A DNA stretch of 64,000 nt from an uncultured Candidatus Saccharibacteria bacterium. GTDB lineage: Bacteria; Patescibacteriota; Minisyncoccia; Phycocordibacterales; UBA918. The stretch spans positions 20,368 to 84,367 of the forward strand of contig CAZKFF010000004.1 in the NCBI GenBank assembly GCA_964552045.1. The letters are read 5' to 3'. The notes under the pieces are model-generated. The model had not been told where the DNA came from, did no database searches, and was given only the letters and a program-made list of their open reading frames with translations. Shown piece after piece: positions 40,597 to 49,718 of the stretch (its first letter is position 1; every line of letters starts with the position of its first letter). The translations under genes and the position numbers were made by a program.

Positions 40597-42507
40597 TTAG
40601 CCCGTCCAGTTGAACAGCATGATCGAAAAGTCAGTCAGACTTACTGTTCCATCTCTGTTGATGTCTGCGGGCGGATTGGAATCTCCTCCATTGCCGCCCC
40701 ACCAGAACAGCAGTATGGAGAAGTCGGTGAGATTGATCTTGCCGTCGGTATTGAGGTCAGCACTGAGAGGCACATCGGCATTCTGTCCAACCCCGTAGAA
40801 GGTATAGCCGGAGAAGTTCGTCTCGAGGCCAAGTCCGGATTGCTGTTTCGCTTTTGCGCGCGCTTTGTAGGTACCGGTTGAAAAGCCATTGGTATCGACG
40901 GCCACCGACCATGCGCCGCTACTGTTTGAAGTTGTGGTAAAGGTCTTCCGCGAGGCGGCGCTTTTGTCGTTCTGATTCTCCAGGGTTATCTCCGCATTTG
41001 GAATTGAGTAGCCACTGAGCGTCAACGTTTCGCCGGGCGTCACTGGATCAGGTGATGCCTTGACCGACGGCATGATATTGATGTTCGACAGATTGGAAGT
41101 TCGTCCTCCGGTAACCGTAAACGACGTGCTGAAGGTTGATGATTTCACTTTGTCGCTTCCCATTGCGTAGACCCCGAATGTGTAGACACCGCGCGCGATC
41201 TCTTCGAGCGTCACTGAGTAGCTTCCGTCATTGCCGGCCCGAGTCGATTCAGCCTCTGAGCCGTCAACAAGTACATAGACGGTACTTCCAGGGAACGCAT
41301 ACCCGCGAATGATGACCTCAGCATCGCCGCTCCGATATGGACCGTCTTCATTTTCGAATCCGCCGCCGCTTTGGTCCTCATCATCTTCTCCCCTGCTGCC
41401 TCCCGAGCCGCCGCCCGAGCCGCCACTTCCCGAACTGCTGCCGCCGGATCCGCTCCCGCCGGAGTTGCTGCCGCCGCCGGTGCCTGAGGAACCGCTTCCG
41501 GTACCCTCATTTCCTGATCCCGTTCCCTCACCCTCTGTGTCTCCTTCTGTATTGGGAATTCCTTCCGGCGGTTCGAGCGAAGTGAACACGATCTCGTAGT
41601 CGTCAATGTTGAAGTTGCCTTCATCGTCAATACAGCGGACGTAGTATGCGTTGACCGTACCGGTAGCAACCGCTTTTTCCTCCGCGTGCACGAGGAGACC
41701 GGTGCTTGAAAATACATCGGTCATATCATGAAAATCAACGCCTGGAGTCCGGCTCATGCGGCACACAGCAAGCTCGTCGGTTTCAAGCGAAAGTTCAACA
41801 TTGAGCACGGTACCGCTGACCTCCCCCGTTGGAGCGCCGTTGAAACGGAATGGCGGAACCTCCTCGGTTGTATCTGCAGGGCCGACACCCACGGCATCGA
41901 CAACTGCGATATTGAATTGGGCATAGGCTGGCTCTGCACCGCCGCCCACGGTAACGGCAAACCGGTATGTCCCCGGAGTACCGCTGTTTTTGATCGGCTC
42001 GACATCACCAGCTATAGTCGTGGTTCCGGTTGTGGTGCTGTATGAAACGCTCTCCTGAAGAGCACCAGACGTATGGTTGCCGATACGCATCTCGATAGCG
42101 GAACCGGATGGTATGCCGGTTGTCGGATTGAGATTGTACCGTATTGCCCCCGGCGATCCCGGAGTTATGACAACCTCATCGACGTTCGGAGCAAGAACCG
42201 CCCCTGCCGAGCGAAGTGCTCCGTTGACGTACAGTTCCACATTCCGCTCCGCAAATGTAGAGGTCGCAAGGATTTCGAATCCGGACGCCGGCTCTACCTC
42301 AATATAACCGCCGGGCGATATGTCGGTTCCGAGTTTGAACTCAAGCGTGTGATTCGCATACCCCGATGGCCGCGAGTCAGAAATAGTATCTTTATAGGAA
42401 AGAATATTGAGCGCCTTGCTTTCAAACGGAAAAGCGGCAAACAGACACGACCCCAGCACAAGCAACGCAAGTGCACAGGCAGCTTTGCGCACCAAGGAAA
42501 CTTTCAT
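40597..42507 (-). CDS. Secreted dockerin protein: N-terminal Ig-like domains, a Gly/Ser-rich linker (GGSNSGGSGSGGSSSGSGGSGGGSGGS), Ig-like domains, and a C-terminal type I dockerin (DLNTDGKINLTDFSILLFWW / DINRDGTVSLTDFSIMLFNW).
   Basis: 636 aa. Signal peptide (…LFAAFPFESKALN). Duplicated dockerin repeat nearly identical in pattern to 10957..12102. The middle region is paralogous. Confidence 0.7.
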   Translation of the reverse strand: MKVSLVRKAACALALLVLGSCLFAAFPFESKALNILSYKDTISDSRPSGYANHTLEFKLGTDISPGGYIEVEPASGFEILATSTFAERNVELYVNGALRSAGAVLAPNVDEVVITPGSPGAIRYNLNPTTGIPSGSAIEMRIGNHTSGALQESVSYSTTTGTTTIAGDVEPIKNSGTPGTYRFAVTVGGGAEPAYAQFNIAVVDAVGVGPADTTEEVPPFRFNGAPTGEVSGTVLNVELSLETDELAVCRMSRTPGVDFHDMTDVFSSTGLLVHAEEKAVATGTVNAYYVRCIDDEGNFNIDDYEIVFTSLEPPEGIPNTEGDTEGEGTGSGNEGTGSGSSGTGGGSNSGGSGSGGSSSGSGGSGGGSGGSRGEDDEDQSGGGFENEDGPYRSGDAEVIIRGYAFPGSTVYVLVDGSEAESTRAGNDGSYSVTLEEIARGVYTFGVYAMGSDKVKSSTFSTSFTVTGGRTSNLSNINIMPSVKASPDPVTPGETLTLSGYSIPNAEITLENQNDKSAASRKTFTTTSNSSGAWSVAVDTNGFSTGTYKARAKAKQQSGLGLETNFSGYTFYGVGQNADVPLSADLNTDGKINLTDFSILLFWWGGNGGDSNPPADINRDGTVSLTDFSIMLFNWTG

Positions 42508-42561
42508 ACATAGTATTGTAGCCTGCTGTGGTCATACAGCAGCGCCTGCTGTACACATGTG

Positions 42562-43368
42562 TCACAAAACGCACCTGAATCCGATTGCGACTCCGGAAGC
42601 GGTCGGGAGCGTCTGAGCATGCACTGCATAGATGCCGGCATCGAGTCCGCTGCCGTAGAATCCACCGCGAAGCACGCCGAACGCTCCATCATTTGATGAC
42701 CACAGATAATCCTGATAGAACAATTCCGACGGAGAGCTACCGGTAAGGACTGCCATGCCAGAAGCATCGACCTGGGTGACATAGCCTGAGTGTGGCAACT
42801 CTCTTCCTGCATACATGCCCTGGAGCACGTCATCCGTAGTCCACTCCCACACATTTCCAATGCTGTCATATGCACCCACAGCTGAAATACATTCCTCATG
42901 GGTGCCGGTTGGTGAGGCGCCGCTTGCATCGATGTTACATGTGTGCGCATCATCAGGAGTGCCTACCGAAGAGAGATACCACTCATCGCTGCGAGGCAGC
43001 CGCTTCCCTGCGCGCATGCAGGCGGTCAGAGCTTGCTCACGGGTTATATACCGCCACGCGTCGGCGTCCGGCTTCGACTCCGCCTCGCATTGTGCGGTAT
43101 CCATATTCTCTCTGGTCTGCAACTCGTTTTGGGGATTCTTCTGCGGACACGAAGCCGCAGCGGACGCCTCGTACATGTCAACACACCGGTATGTGATTGC
43201 CATGGGCACTTCGACCATACCAGCAGGGCATGCACTGTCGTCTCCGGCTTTGATCACCTGACCCAACAGCGTCGAACGTGAACCCTGCAGCGTGTCGGCC
43301 GCATCGATCCCGAGCGCGGTTATGAGAACAGCGCCACAGATAACCGCCCCGACTTTGAGCAATTTCAT
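42562..43368 (-). CDS. Secreted FGE-sulfatase (SUMF1/formylglycine-generating-enzyme-like) domain protein, copy 1.
   Basis: 268 aa. Signal peptide. C-terminal family signature GVLRGGFYGSGLDAGIYAVH...GFRCVL plus conserved Cys/Trp-rich core (…CPQ.PQNE..T.EN...A.CE......W..I....A...C..AGKRLP...EWY...G). Confidence 0.7.
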   Translation of the reverse strand: MKLLKVGAVICGAVLITALGIDAADTLQGSRSTLLGQVIKAGDDSACPAGMVEVPMAITYRCVDMYEASAAASCPQKNPQNELQTRENMDTAQCEAESKPDADAWRYITREQALTACMRAGKRLPRSDEWYLSSVGTPDDAHTCNIDASGASPTGTHEECISAVGAYDSIGNVWEWTTDDVLQGMYAGRELPHSGYVTQVDASGMAVLTGSSPSELFYQDYLWSSNDGAFGVLRGGFYGSGLDAGIYAVHAQTLPTASGVAIGFRCVL

Positions 43369-43465
43369 GCTCTAAGTATACACGCATGTGCGCTGTAGCT
43401 TACATATTTATCCAAAACGTGTGCGGAGTCACACGCACATTTTCTCGCGGTACGTGCAAAGTTCT

Positions 43466-44269
43466 TTACATATCCTTCACGCAGCGAAAACCGATTCCCG
43501 AGGTCTTGAAGTCGAGCGGCACAGACATGTTCTGCGCAAATATACCTGCGTCTTCGCCGCCTCCATAAAAGCCGCCGCGTATGACGCCGCGAACCCCATC
43601 AGAACTCGTCCACGCGTAGTCCTTCCCGAATTCAGCAACAGCCTCCGGTGCAGTCTGAAGCACCACGCCATTGGTATCGACAAGTGAGACATACCCGCTC
43701 GCAGGAAGCGTGCGGTCTGCGTAGCTGCCGTCAACAACTTCTTCATCGATCCACTCCCATACATTGCCGATCATGTCATGCACTCCAGAAGGAGTGACGC
43801 ATGCGGCTTTGCCTGTTGGCGCCGCAGAAGACTCGTGCATCACGCATGAGGTAGCGTCGCCGAATCCGCTTGCGGTCTTATACCATTCCTCGTTCGTCGG
43901 CAGGCGCTTGCCTGCGCGCGCACACAGCTGCTGCGCCTGCGTCAGCGAGACGAACCTCCAGGGCATTGCGTCTTCCTTTGACTCCGGGTGACAATCTGCA
44001 GCATTGGCATTGTCCTGCGTTTCGATCTCATTCTGGGGATCCTGATGCGGACACTCAGAAGACGGCGACGCTTCGTATACATCCACGCACAGGCTGTGGC
44101 TTCCGAACAAAAGCTGCACCGCACCATCTCCGCACACTGAGGCACTTTCAAGCACCAGGCCTGATAAGTTGCCTTCCACACCACGCAGCACGTCGCTTGC
44201 CTGTATGGCAGCTGTAGAAAGTATCACCGCCGCGAGTCCAACAAGCGCTGACTTTTGGAATGTGTTCAT
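43466..44269 (-). CDS. Secreted FGE-sulfatase (SUMF1-like) domain protein, copy 2. Tandem paralog of 42562..43368.
   Basis: 267 aa. Signal peptide. GVIRGGFYGGGEDAGIF...GIGFRCVKDM. Collinear with copy 1. A terminator-like hairpin (gtgtgcggagtcacacgcac + T-run on the minus reading) separates the two genes at ~43418-43438. Confidence 0.7.
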   Translation of the reverse strand: MNTFQKSALVGLAAVILSTAAIQASDVLRGVEGNLSGLVLESASVCGDGAVQLLFGSHSLCVDVYEASPSSECPHQDPQNEIETQDNANAADCHPESKEDAMPWRFVSLTQAQQLCARAGKRLPTNEEWYKTASGFGDATSCVMHESSAAPTGKAACVTPSGVHDMIGNVWEWIDEEVVDGSYADRTLPASGYVSLVDTNGVVLQTAPEAVAEFGKDYAWTSSDGVRGVIRGGFYGGGEDAGIFAQNMSVPLDFKTSGIGFRCVKDM

Positions 44270-44658
44270 GCGGCCTTTGTATCGCTTAGGAGCCTTCTGC
44301 CCCGTGTGAAATCGAGGACATAATTGAGCACGATCAGTACAAGAATGATGAAGAGGATAATACTGAGTATGAACGTTGACGTATCGCCGCTGTGCGCTGA
44401 TGACTCCTTCAGTGAGACCTCGATCTCACGCGCATCAAGCTCCTGCTGGCGCTGTACGAGCTGGGCTGAGAGCGTATTGACATCGGTCGGAAGCACAGAC
44501 GCATTGATACCGATCGCTGTAGCAAGATAACTGCCGGTATTGAGTGAAAGCTCATGAGTGACTGGAGAGAACAGACCGCTCACAAACAGAAGCACGAGTG
44601 CAAGCGAGAGCGCAGATACCCGCAGAAATTTATGGTAGAGGGAATCAGACATATACAT
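44266..44658 (-). CDS. Small two-TM membrane protein (hypothetical).
   Basis: 130 aa. Hydrophobic helices at both ends. 4-nt overlap with the downstream FGE gene. Confidence 0.4.
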   Translation of the reverse strand: MYMSDSLYHKFLRVSALSLALVLLFVSGLFSPVTHELSLNTGSYLATAIGINASVLPTDVNTLSAQLVQRQQELDAREIEVSLKESSAHSGDTSTFILSIILFIILVLIVLNYVLDFTRGRRLLSDTKAA

Positions 44659-44667
44659 ATTTTAACA

Positions 44668-45741
44668 CTATGCGAACAGAGCGAGAAGAACGATGAGGAA
44701 AAGTGCTGTGACAGCAAGCATGACCGCCACCACAAGAAGCAACGCTGACACGCCTCCCCCTCGGCGGCGTCGCGCAATACGGCGCGCACCAGCATATCCC
44801 CGGATGGCCCTGCGTATATAGAGCTTCACGGATACATATGCGACAAGAAGCAGAAACGCGAGTACGCCGGCAGCAGGAAGTATGATGTTCATCGGAAGAA
44901 TCCAGAATGAAGCAGTGCTTGAAATGGTTGCCTGTCTTCCCTGATCTCCATAGACCATGCTTAAGATAGCCTCGTACCTGCCGAAACCGGGACCCTCATG
45001 TTCCCAGACGATCTCGAATGTGCGCTCCGCATTCGGAAATACTCCCGCCTTCTTTTCGTTCATGGTAAGCATCGCTACACGCTTGCCGAACATGTTGTAT
45101 ACCTCAAGCGGACCGACAGGCCGGACCAGAACATTACCCTTGTTCTCGATGCGTGCGGAAAAATCGATCTCCGGCTTGCCATAGATGAAATTACCGGTTG
45201 AGAACGAACGTATCTGTGCATTCTCCACTGCGTCCCCGGCAACACGGATGCTGATGATGTTGGCAACCTCATAACCGACCGATGCACCGGTTGAACGCAG
45301 GCGGGGCGGATCCATCGAGACGAACACACCGCCGAAGTGGCTGCCCGGCGTCGCATTGTCCGGAACAGAAAGGGTTACTGTTATTTCTTTCTCTTCTCCC
45401 GGGTTAAGGGTGAGCTCGGTCGTATCGAGCGTGATCCATTCGGTGAGCTCATAGCCGGTTTTCTCTGCGTTCTCCTCGGCAAAGATCGGCACTCCGGCGC
45501 CTTCAACCCCGACAATATCGCGGGTAAACAGATAATACGTCTGCGTGGTGCCGCTGAGGTTGGTGATACCGACCTTGTGCTCCTGAACTTCGCCGGGATT
45601 TGCCGGACCTTCAATGGTCGCCGGTCTGATACCGATACCCGTGCCCGTTGACTGTGCCTGCGCATACAGCGGAAACAAGGAACCGATGCTGAACAATATC
45701 AAGAAAAAAAGAGAACGCTTGAAGGTGAGTGAAAACGCCAT
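44668..45741 (-). CDS. Cell-surface protein with signal peptide, two beta-rich domains and a C-terminal TM anchor plus Arg-rich tail (DUF916/DUF3324-like architecture).
   Basis: 357 aa. Signal peptide (…LYAQAQSTG). C-terminal ILPAAGVLAFLLLVAYVSVKLYIRRAIRG...RRRRGG. Architecture parallels 12106..13065. Confidence 0.5.
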   Translation of the reverse strand: MAFSLTFKRSLFFLILFSIGSLFPLYAQAQSTGTGIGIRPATIEGPANPGEVQEHKVGITNLSGTTQTYYLFTRDIVGVEGAGVPIFAEENAEKTGYELTEWITLDTTELTLNPGEEKEITVTLSVPDNATPGSHFGGVFVSMDPPRLRSTGASVGYEVANIISIRVAGDAVENAQIRSFSTGNFIYGKPEIDFSARIENKGNVLVRPVGPLEVYNMFGKRVAMLTMNEKKAGVFPNAERTFEIVWEHEGPGFGRYEAILSMVYGDQGRQATISSTASFWILPMNIILPAAGVLAFLLLVAYVSVKLYIRRAIRGYAGARRIARRRRGGGVSALLLVVAVMLAVTALFLIVLLALFA

Positions 45742-45888
45742 AAGTTCGTAACGTGAATAACAGATTCATTCTAGCACTCGTTGCTCTGCTTCCTAACGAA
45801 TTCATGTACATAACCCGTCATATATATATGTCGAACAGGTATACCGACCGTGACGGTCAAAAACATGTTTGGCCTTGCGTAAAAGAAA

Positions 45889-45907
45889 AGACCCCCTTGA
45901 GGGGATC
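45889..45907 (-). terminator. Rho-independent terminator (gacccccttgaggggatc flanked by A- and T-runs) after 45940..47058.
   Basis: On the minus reading: gatcccctcaagggggtc followed by ttttctttt. Confidence 0.5.
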
Positions 45908-45939
45908 TCTTCTTTCTACGTTGTACGTTCGTTTTGTGA

Positions 45940-47058
45940 TTAGAACGTTGGAGTAGCGATGTACGTAAGCGTCGTGCTGTAGTCATCAGCAGCTTCCTGC
46001 AGCGGACTGATCTCGACTTGGAATCCGATTGATGTCGAACCCTCGCCTGCTGTTGTACCGTCAGCTGGGCCATCATGGCTAAACACTACTTGTGGCGTTG
46101 TTGAAACTCCAGCCCATGTGTTCGAACCAAACTCGTTTGTACGGGTGGTATCAGTATCTTCTGAAGTGATACCCCAGTGGCCCCACGTGTTCTCATTAGC
46201 GATGTTGTCCTGTGGTGATGCCCATGCCGCCGGTGTGTCAGAGGTGACCGAATCGACAAAGTTATCGATGTCAGCACCCGTTGACGAAAGAAGGTGCTGG
46301 TCCTCTTCAATAGTAACTACGAAGCCCTGAATAGCGTTTGTGGTTACCGCAAGATCTTGTGCAAGCGTTTCTATCTCACCGGCAGACAGCGTTCCAAATG
46401 GAATCGTCGTCGACGAACTTGTAATAGTGGTCGAGGTTCCATTGATCGCTGTTGAGGTCGCAACTCCAGCAACTGTGAAGCTGAATGTTGTCTGGACGTT
46501 TGCCGTAACCTCAACCGTATCAAGGATGACCACGCGCGTGTGTCCACTGTCCGAAGTCCCCGCTGAGATATCGATCTCATATGACTGATTTCCACCTGCT
46601 GGAGCAGGGTTGACTATCTGTGTATCAGGCGTACCTTCATTGGTCGCGTGATCACCGATCAGGATCGTTGTTGTTGCATCAGCAGCGATAGAACCTGTGT
46701 TGATAGTGATCGTGATATCATCAGCTCCGGTCACTACTGACCAGTCTGCAGCCTGTACGTTTGCACCATTTACGAGGAGATCAATATCTTCTTGTCCGAT
46801 CCCAGTAAGATCGAATGTGCCTGTTTCGAATGCTATTACAATGTCCTCACCGTTTCCCACTCCGGTTGGAGAGACAAATTCAATAGTGTGATTTGATGCC
46901 GCGCTCGGAGCTGAGTCCGAAAGCAGATCATACACATTTGTAATGTTTGCTGCCTGAGCGAAATGTGATGCACCCATTGCCCACATAAGAAGCGCAGTTG
47001 CCACGAGTGTCGCGATCACTCTGTAGCTTGCAGAAACATTTCGTGATAATACGAACAT
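45940..47058 (-). CDS. Secreted structural protein (paralog B of 9422..10558). Conserved N-terminus (SDSAPSAASNHTIEF) and C-terminal TTLTYIATPTF.
   Basis: The track ORF extends to 47325, but the signal-peptide Met (MFVLSRNVSASYRVIATLVATALLMWAMGASHFAQA) is at 47058, giving ~373 aa, which matches the paralog length. Monocistronic, with a strong terminator downstream. Confidence 0.6.
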   Translation of the reverse strand: MFVLSRNVSASYRVIATLVATALLMWAMGASHFAQAANITNVYDLLSDSAPSAASNHTIEFVSPTGVGNGEDIVIAFETGTFDLTGIGQEDIDLLVNGANVQAADWSVVTGADDITITINTGSIAADATTTILIGDHATNEGTPDTQIVNPAPAGGNQSYEIDISAGTSDSGHTRVVILDTVEVTANVQTTFSFTVAGVATSTAINGTSTTITSSSTTIPFGTLSAGEIETLAQDLAVTTNAIQGFVVTIEEDQHLLSSTGADIDNFVDSVTSDTPAAWASPQDNIANENTWGHWGITSEDTDTTRTNEFGSNTWAGVSTTPQVVFSHDGPADGTTAGEGSTSIGFQVEISPLQEAADDYSTTLTYIATPTF

Positions 47059-47392
47059 GTTCTTTGGTATTAAATTATTTTTAAATAACTGTTGTGACGA
47101 TGTCTCACAAAAAACATCATCAGTCCCGGCAGAGATCATATGTGGAGAATAGAACGGACGCTTTATAAAAGGTGTAGCCTTAAACGCCCTATCTATCTTT
47201 TTGATCCCTATCGGTCTACATATAATGATACAAGGACATTGCCAGCCTGTCTTAAATGTTGTGTTGATAAGTATGTCCTGTATGCCGCGCGCGTATCCTT
47301 TCTTTTCTCTATGCTTCACACTCAAAAGGTCTGAGGCATTTCTTAATTATTTAAAGTCATAAAGTACACGTGTCCTTTTGACCGTTAGCGGC

Positions 47393-48631
47393 TCATTTCG
47401 CCTTCACAGTGGGGATATCTTTCCACCGTGTCGTATATTCCTGCGAGCGAAGTTTTGCGCTTGTCCGCGTCGGGTTTCCCCGTATGACTGCGTGCTTGAG
47501 CACATTGTGCCCAAACCGTTCGTTGATGCTGTCAGCAAGATCATCGAGCAGTCTGTCCTGCACAGATGTGGGCGAGAACAGGTCGCCGGTTACATACGAC
47601 TCCGGCATCAACCCGGAGAGGACAACACCTGCCTTCTTGTACGGAACCCGCTTCACATACAGCCTTTCCACTTCCGCAAGGGCAGCCTGGAGGAGCTTTT
47701 GCGTATGTGCGGTCGGTTCATCAAGAATCACTTCCCCCATGCCGCTCTGCAACAGGAAATCACCATGGCGGCTTGTAAGGATTGCCACATGCAGGCGGGA
47801 GGCAACCAGTTTCTTCTCCCGCAGCTTCTGCGCGGCAAAGCTTACATGGTACGCAACAGCGCTCTGAAGATGTTCCAGCTCAGAGGTGGTCTTTTCAAAG
47901 GACCGGGTGCTCATGATGCTCTGCTGGATATCTTCGCTCGTTGTACCCACGCCATGGACCTGTGTCCCGTGCAGTTCGTCGTACAAACGCTCTCCGGAAA
48001 CGCCGAAATGCCGGCGCACCACTGCCCGGTCAAGCACAAGGAATTGCGCCACTGTGGCTATCCCCATGCCGCTGAGCTTCGCGGAGGTTGCCCGTCCGAG
48101 ACCCCACACTGAGGAGCAGGGAGCCCGCTTCTGTTCCTCTTCCCAGAGCTCCTGCGTCAGGATACAGGCACCACCGGCTTTTTTAGCGAGTGCGCTTGCC
48201 TGTTTTGCAAGAGTCTTGGTGGATGCTATCCCGATGGAGACCGGGACACCGACCTTCTTCATGATCTGTGCGCGGATACGGAGTACTTCTTCTTGCGATA
48301 CATCATCAGCTATGGCAAAGAAAGCCTCGTCGATGGAATATATCTCGCAGACACCGACCTCGGCAGCAAGCGCCTGCATGACCCGCGCAGATATGTCCCG
48401 GTAGAGGGTGAAATTCGAGGAAAAAAGTGTCACTCCCTCCTTTTGGCAGATATCCTTCACCTTGAAATACGGAATGCCCATGGGAATACCCAGATCCTTC
48501 ACTTCCTGGCTGCGCGCGACAATACAGCCGTCGTTGGAAGACAGCACCGCAACCGGTCTTTTCAGCAGGTCGGGCCGAAAAAGCCGCTCACAGGAGGCAA
48601 AAAAGTTGTTGCAGTCCATGAGGCCGATCAT
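47393..48631 (-). CDS. umuC: Y-family translesion DNA polymerase, Pol V subunit UmuC.
   Basis: 412 aa. Near-collinear with E. coli UmuC from the N-terminus (DCNNFFASCERLFRPDL..PVAVLSSNDGCIVARS, SIDEAF) to the C-terminus (SPxYTTRW.DIP.VK). Confidence 0.9.
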   Translation of the reverse strand: MIGLMDCNNFFASCERLFRPDLLKRPVAVLSSNDGCIVARSQEVKDLGIPMGIPYFKVKDICQKEGVTLFSSNFTLYRDISARVMQALAAEVGVCEIYSIDEAFFAIADDVSQEEVLRIRAQIMKKVGVPVSIGIASTKTLAKQASALAKKAGGACILTQELWEEEQKRAPCSSVWGLGRATSAKLSGMGIATVAQFLVLDRAVVRRHFGVSGERLYDELHGTQVHGVGTTSEDIQQSIMSTRSFEKTTSELEHLQSAVAYHVSFAAQKLREKKLVASRLHVAILTSRHGDFLLQSGMGEVILDEPTAHTQKLLQAALAEVERLYVKRVPYKKAGVVLSGLMPESYVTGDLFSPTSVQDRLLDDLADSINERFGHNVLKHAVIRGNPTRTSAKLRSQEYTTRWKDIPTVKAK

Positions 48632-48669
48632 GGCAATAGTATATCAATCTTATGATATCGACATATCCT

Positions 48670-49116
48670 TCAAAAAGTTCTTACACTGCCGACGACAACA
48701 CCCCAAATAAAGCACTCTTCCCCATCTCCGACTGCAATAGGCGCATACTGTTCATTTTCAGACATGAGCAGCGCGGTTCTGTCTTCTATTGAGAGACGCT
48801 TGACCAGAAGTTCGCCATTGACGGCGGCAACGACGATAACGCCGTCTTCCGGGTCTTTCGAGCGATCAACCACAAGCACATCGCCGCTGAAAATGCCCGC
48901 ACCAACCATAGAATCGCCTTCAACGCGCACAAAGAAAGTCGAAGCCGGGTTCTTGACCACCAGATCATTAATATCGAGCACATTCTCCACCTGATCATCG
49001 CCCGGGGCGGGAAAACCGGCCGCAGGACGCGACGCATACAACGGCGCAGGAACGGAACGTGGCGCGTCCTTCGGACGCGCCACCTCTTTCGCCCGCAACT
49101 CTGTTGTGTGTTTCAT
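48670..49116 (-). CDS. umuD: UmuD-like S24 peptidase (LexA-type autoprotease; Pol V accessory subunit).
   Basis: 148 aa. FPAPGDD...LDINDLVVKNPASTFFVRVEGDSMVGAGIFSGDVLVVDRS...GVIVVAAVNGELLVKRL matches UmuD, including the catalytic Ser (GDSM) and Lys (VKRL). Located immediately upstream of umuC. Confidence 0.85.
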   Translation of the reverse strand: MKHTTELRAKEVARPKDAPRSVPAPLYASRPAAGFPAPGDDQVENVLDINDLVVKNPASTFFVRVEGDSMVGAGIFSGDVLVVDRSKDPEDGVIVVAAVNGELLVKRLSIEDRTALLMSENEQYAPIAVGDGEECFIWGVVVGSVRTF

Positions 49117-49718
49117 CAGGCCATTTTACCATTTCCACAGCAAAAGGCTGCCCCGAAGGACAGCCTTGTCAAGATTTACGCCACCATCGCCGTGTGCGCC
49201 TCTTCTTCCTCGTTGCCGGCTGCCGGCGCGGCAGACGCCTGCAGCGCACGGGAGAGCATCAACGGAGAGGTTTCGAAGTACTTCGGGAGCCGCAGTTCAC
49301 GCACATTGCCCGAGATCGGCTCGAGTGTAAACCGGACATGGCGATCATCCTGCTCCACGACATGGAGCGTGAAAGTCCGGTCTCCGATATCGCGTGCGAC
49401 TGCTTCGCTGACCTTCCTGCTGAGGTGATCAAGAAGCGACCTGCTCCCATTGGTTGCCCCGAGATCGACCCGCAGCGTGGATGTGTCGAGCACTGCTGTG
49501 CCGTAGTCGGTCATGATGCGGAAATCACCGCACATGACCGCCAGTTCCATTTCGTTGCACGGTACCCACCGATGCGGCACAAGCCGCACGGTAAGAATCC
49601 CGCTGCAGTGAAATTCCGCCTGATTTTTCTGTTTCACCTGAAGTACCCCGCTGTTGATGATATGGAAAAACGTTCTGCCAGCACTCTAGCATACGAGCAA
49701 CGAAGCCGGCAATAGGAC

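Noticed and set aside
41300-41600. Gly/Ser-rich tract in 40597..42507 and Gly/Ser tract in 10957..12102, considered as collagen or CRISPR-like DNA repeats.
   Set aside because: They are simple codon-level low-complexity linkers (GGS)n within ORFs. There is no direct-repeat/spacer organisation and no cas genes. No CRISPR array exists in the window.
49059-49715. Plus-strand 218-aa ORF and minus-strand 153-aa ORF (49176..49637) between umuD and the CAP gene.
   Set aside because: Neither translation shows a recognisable domain and the two overlap each other. My reading of the displayed sequence around 49617-49640 is off by one base relative to the frames implied by the track for both ORFs, so I could not verify the frame there. 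I left the region unannotated rather than call a hypothetical gene.
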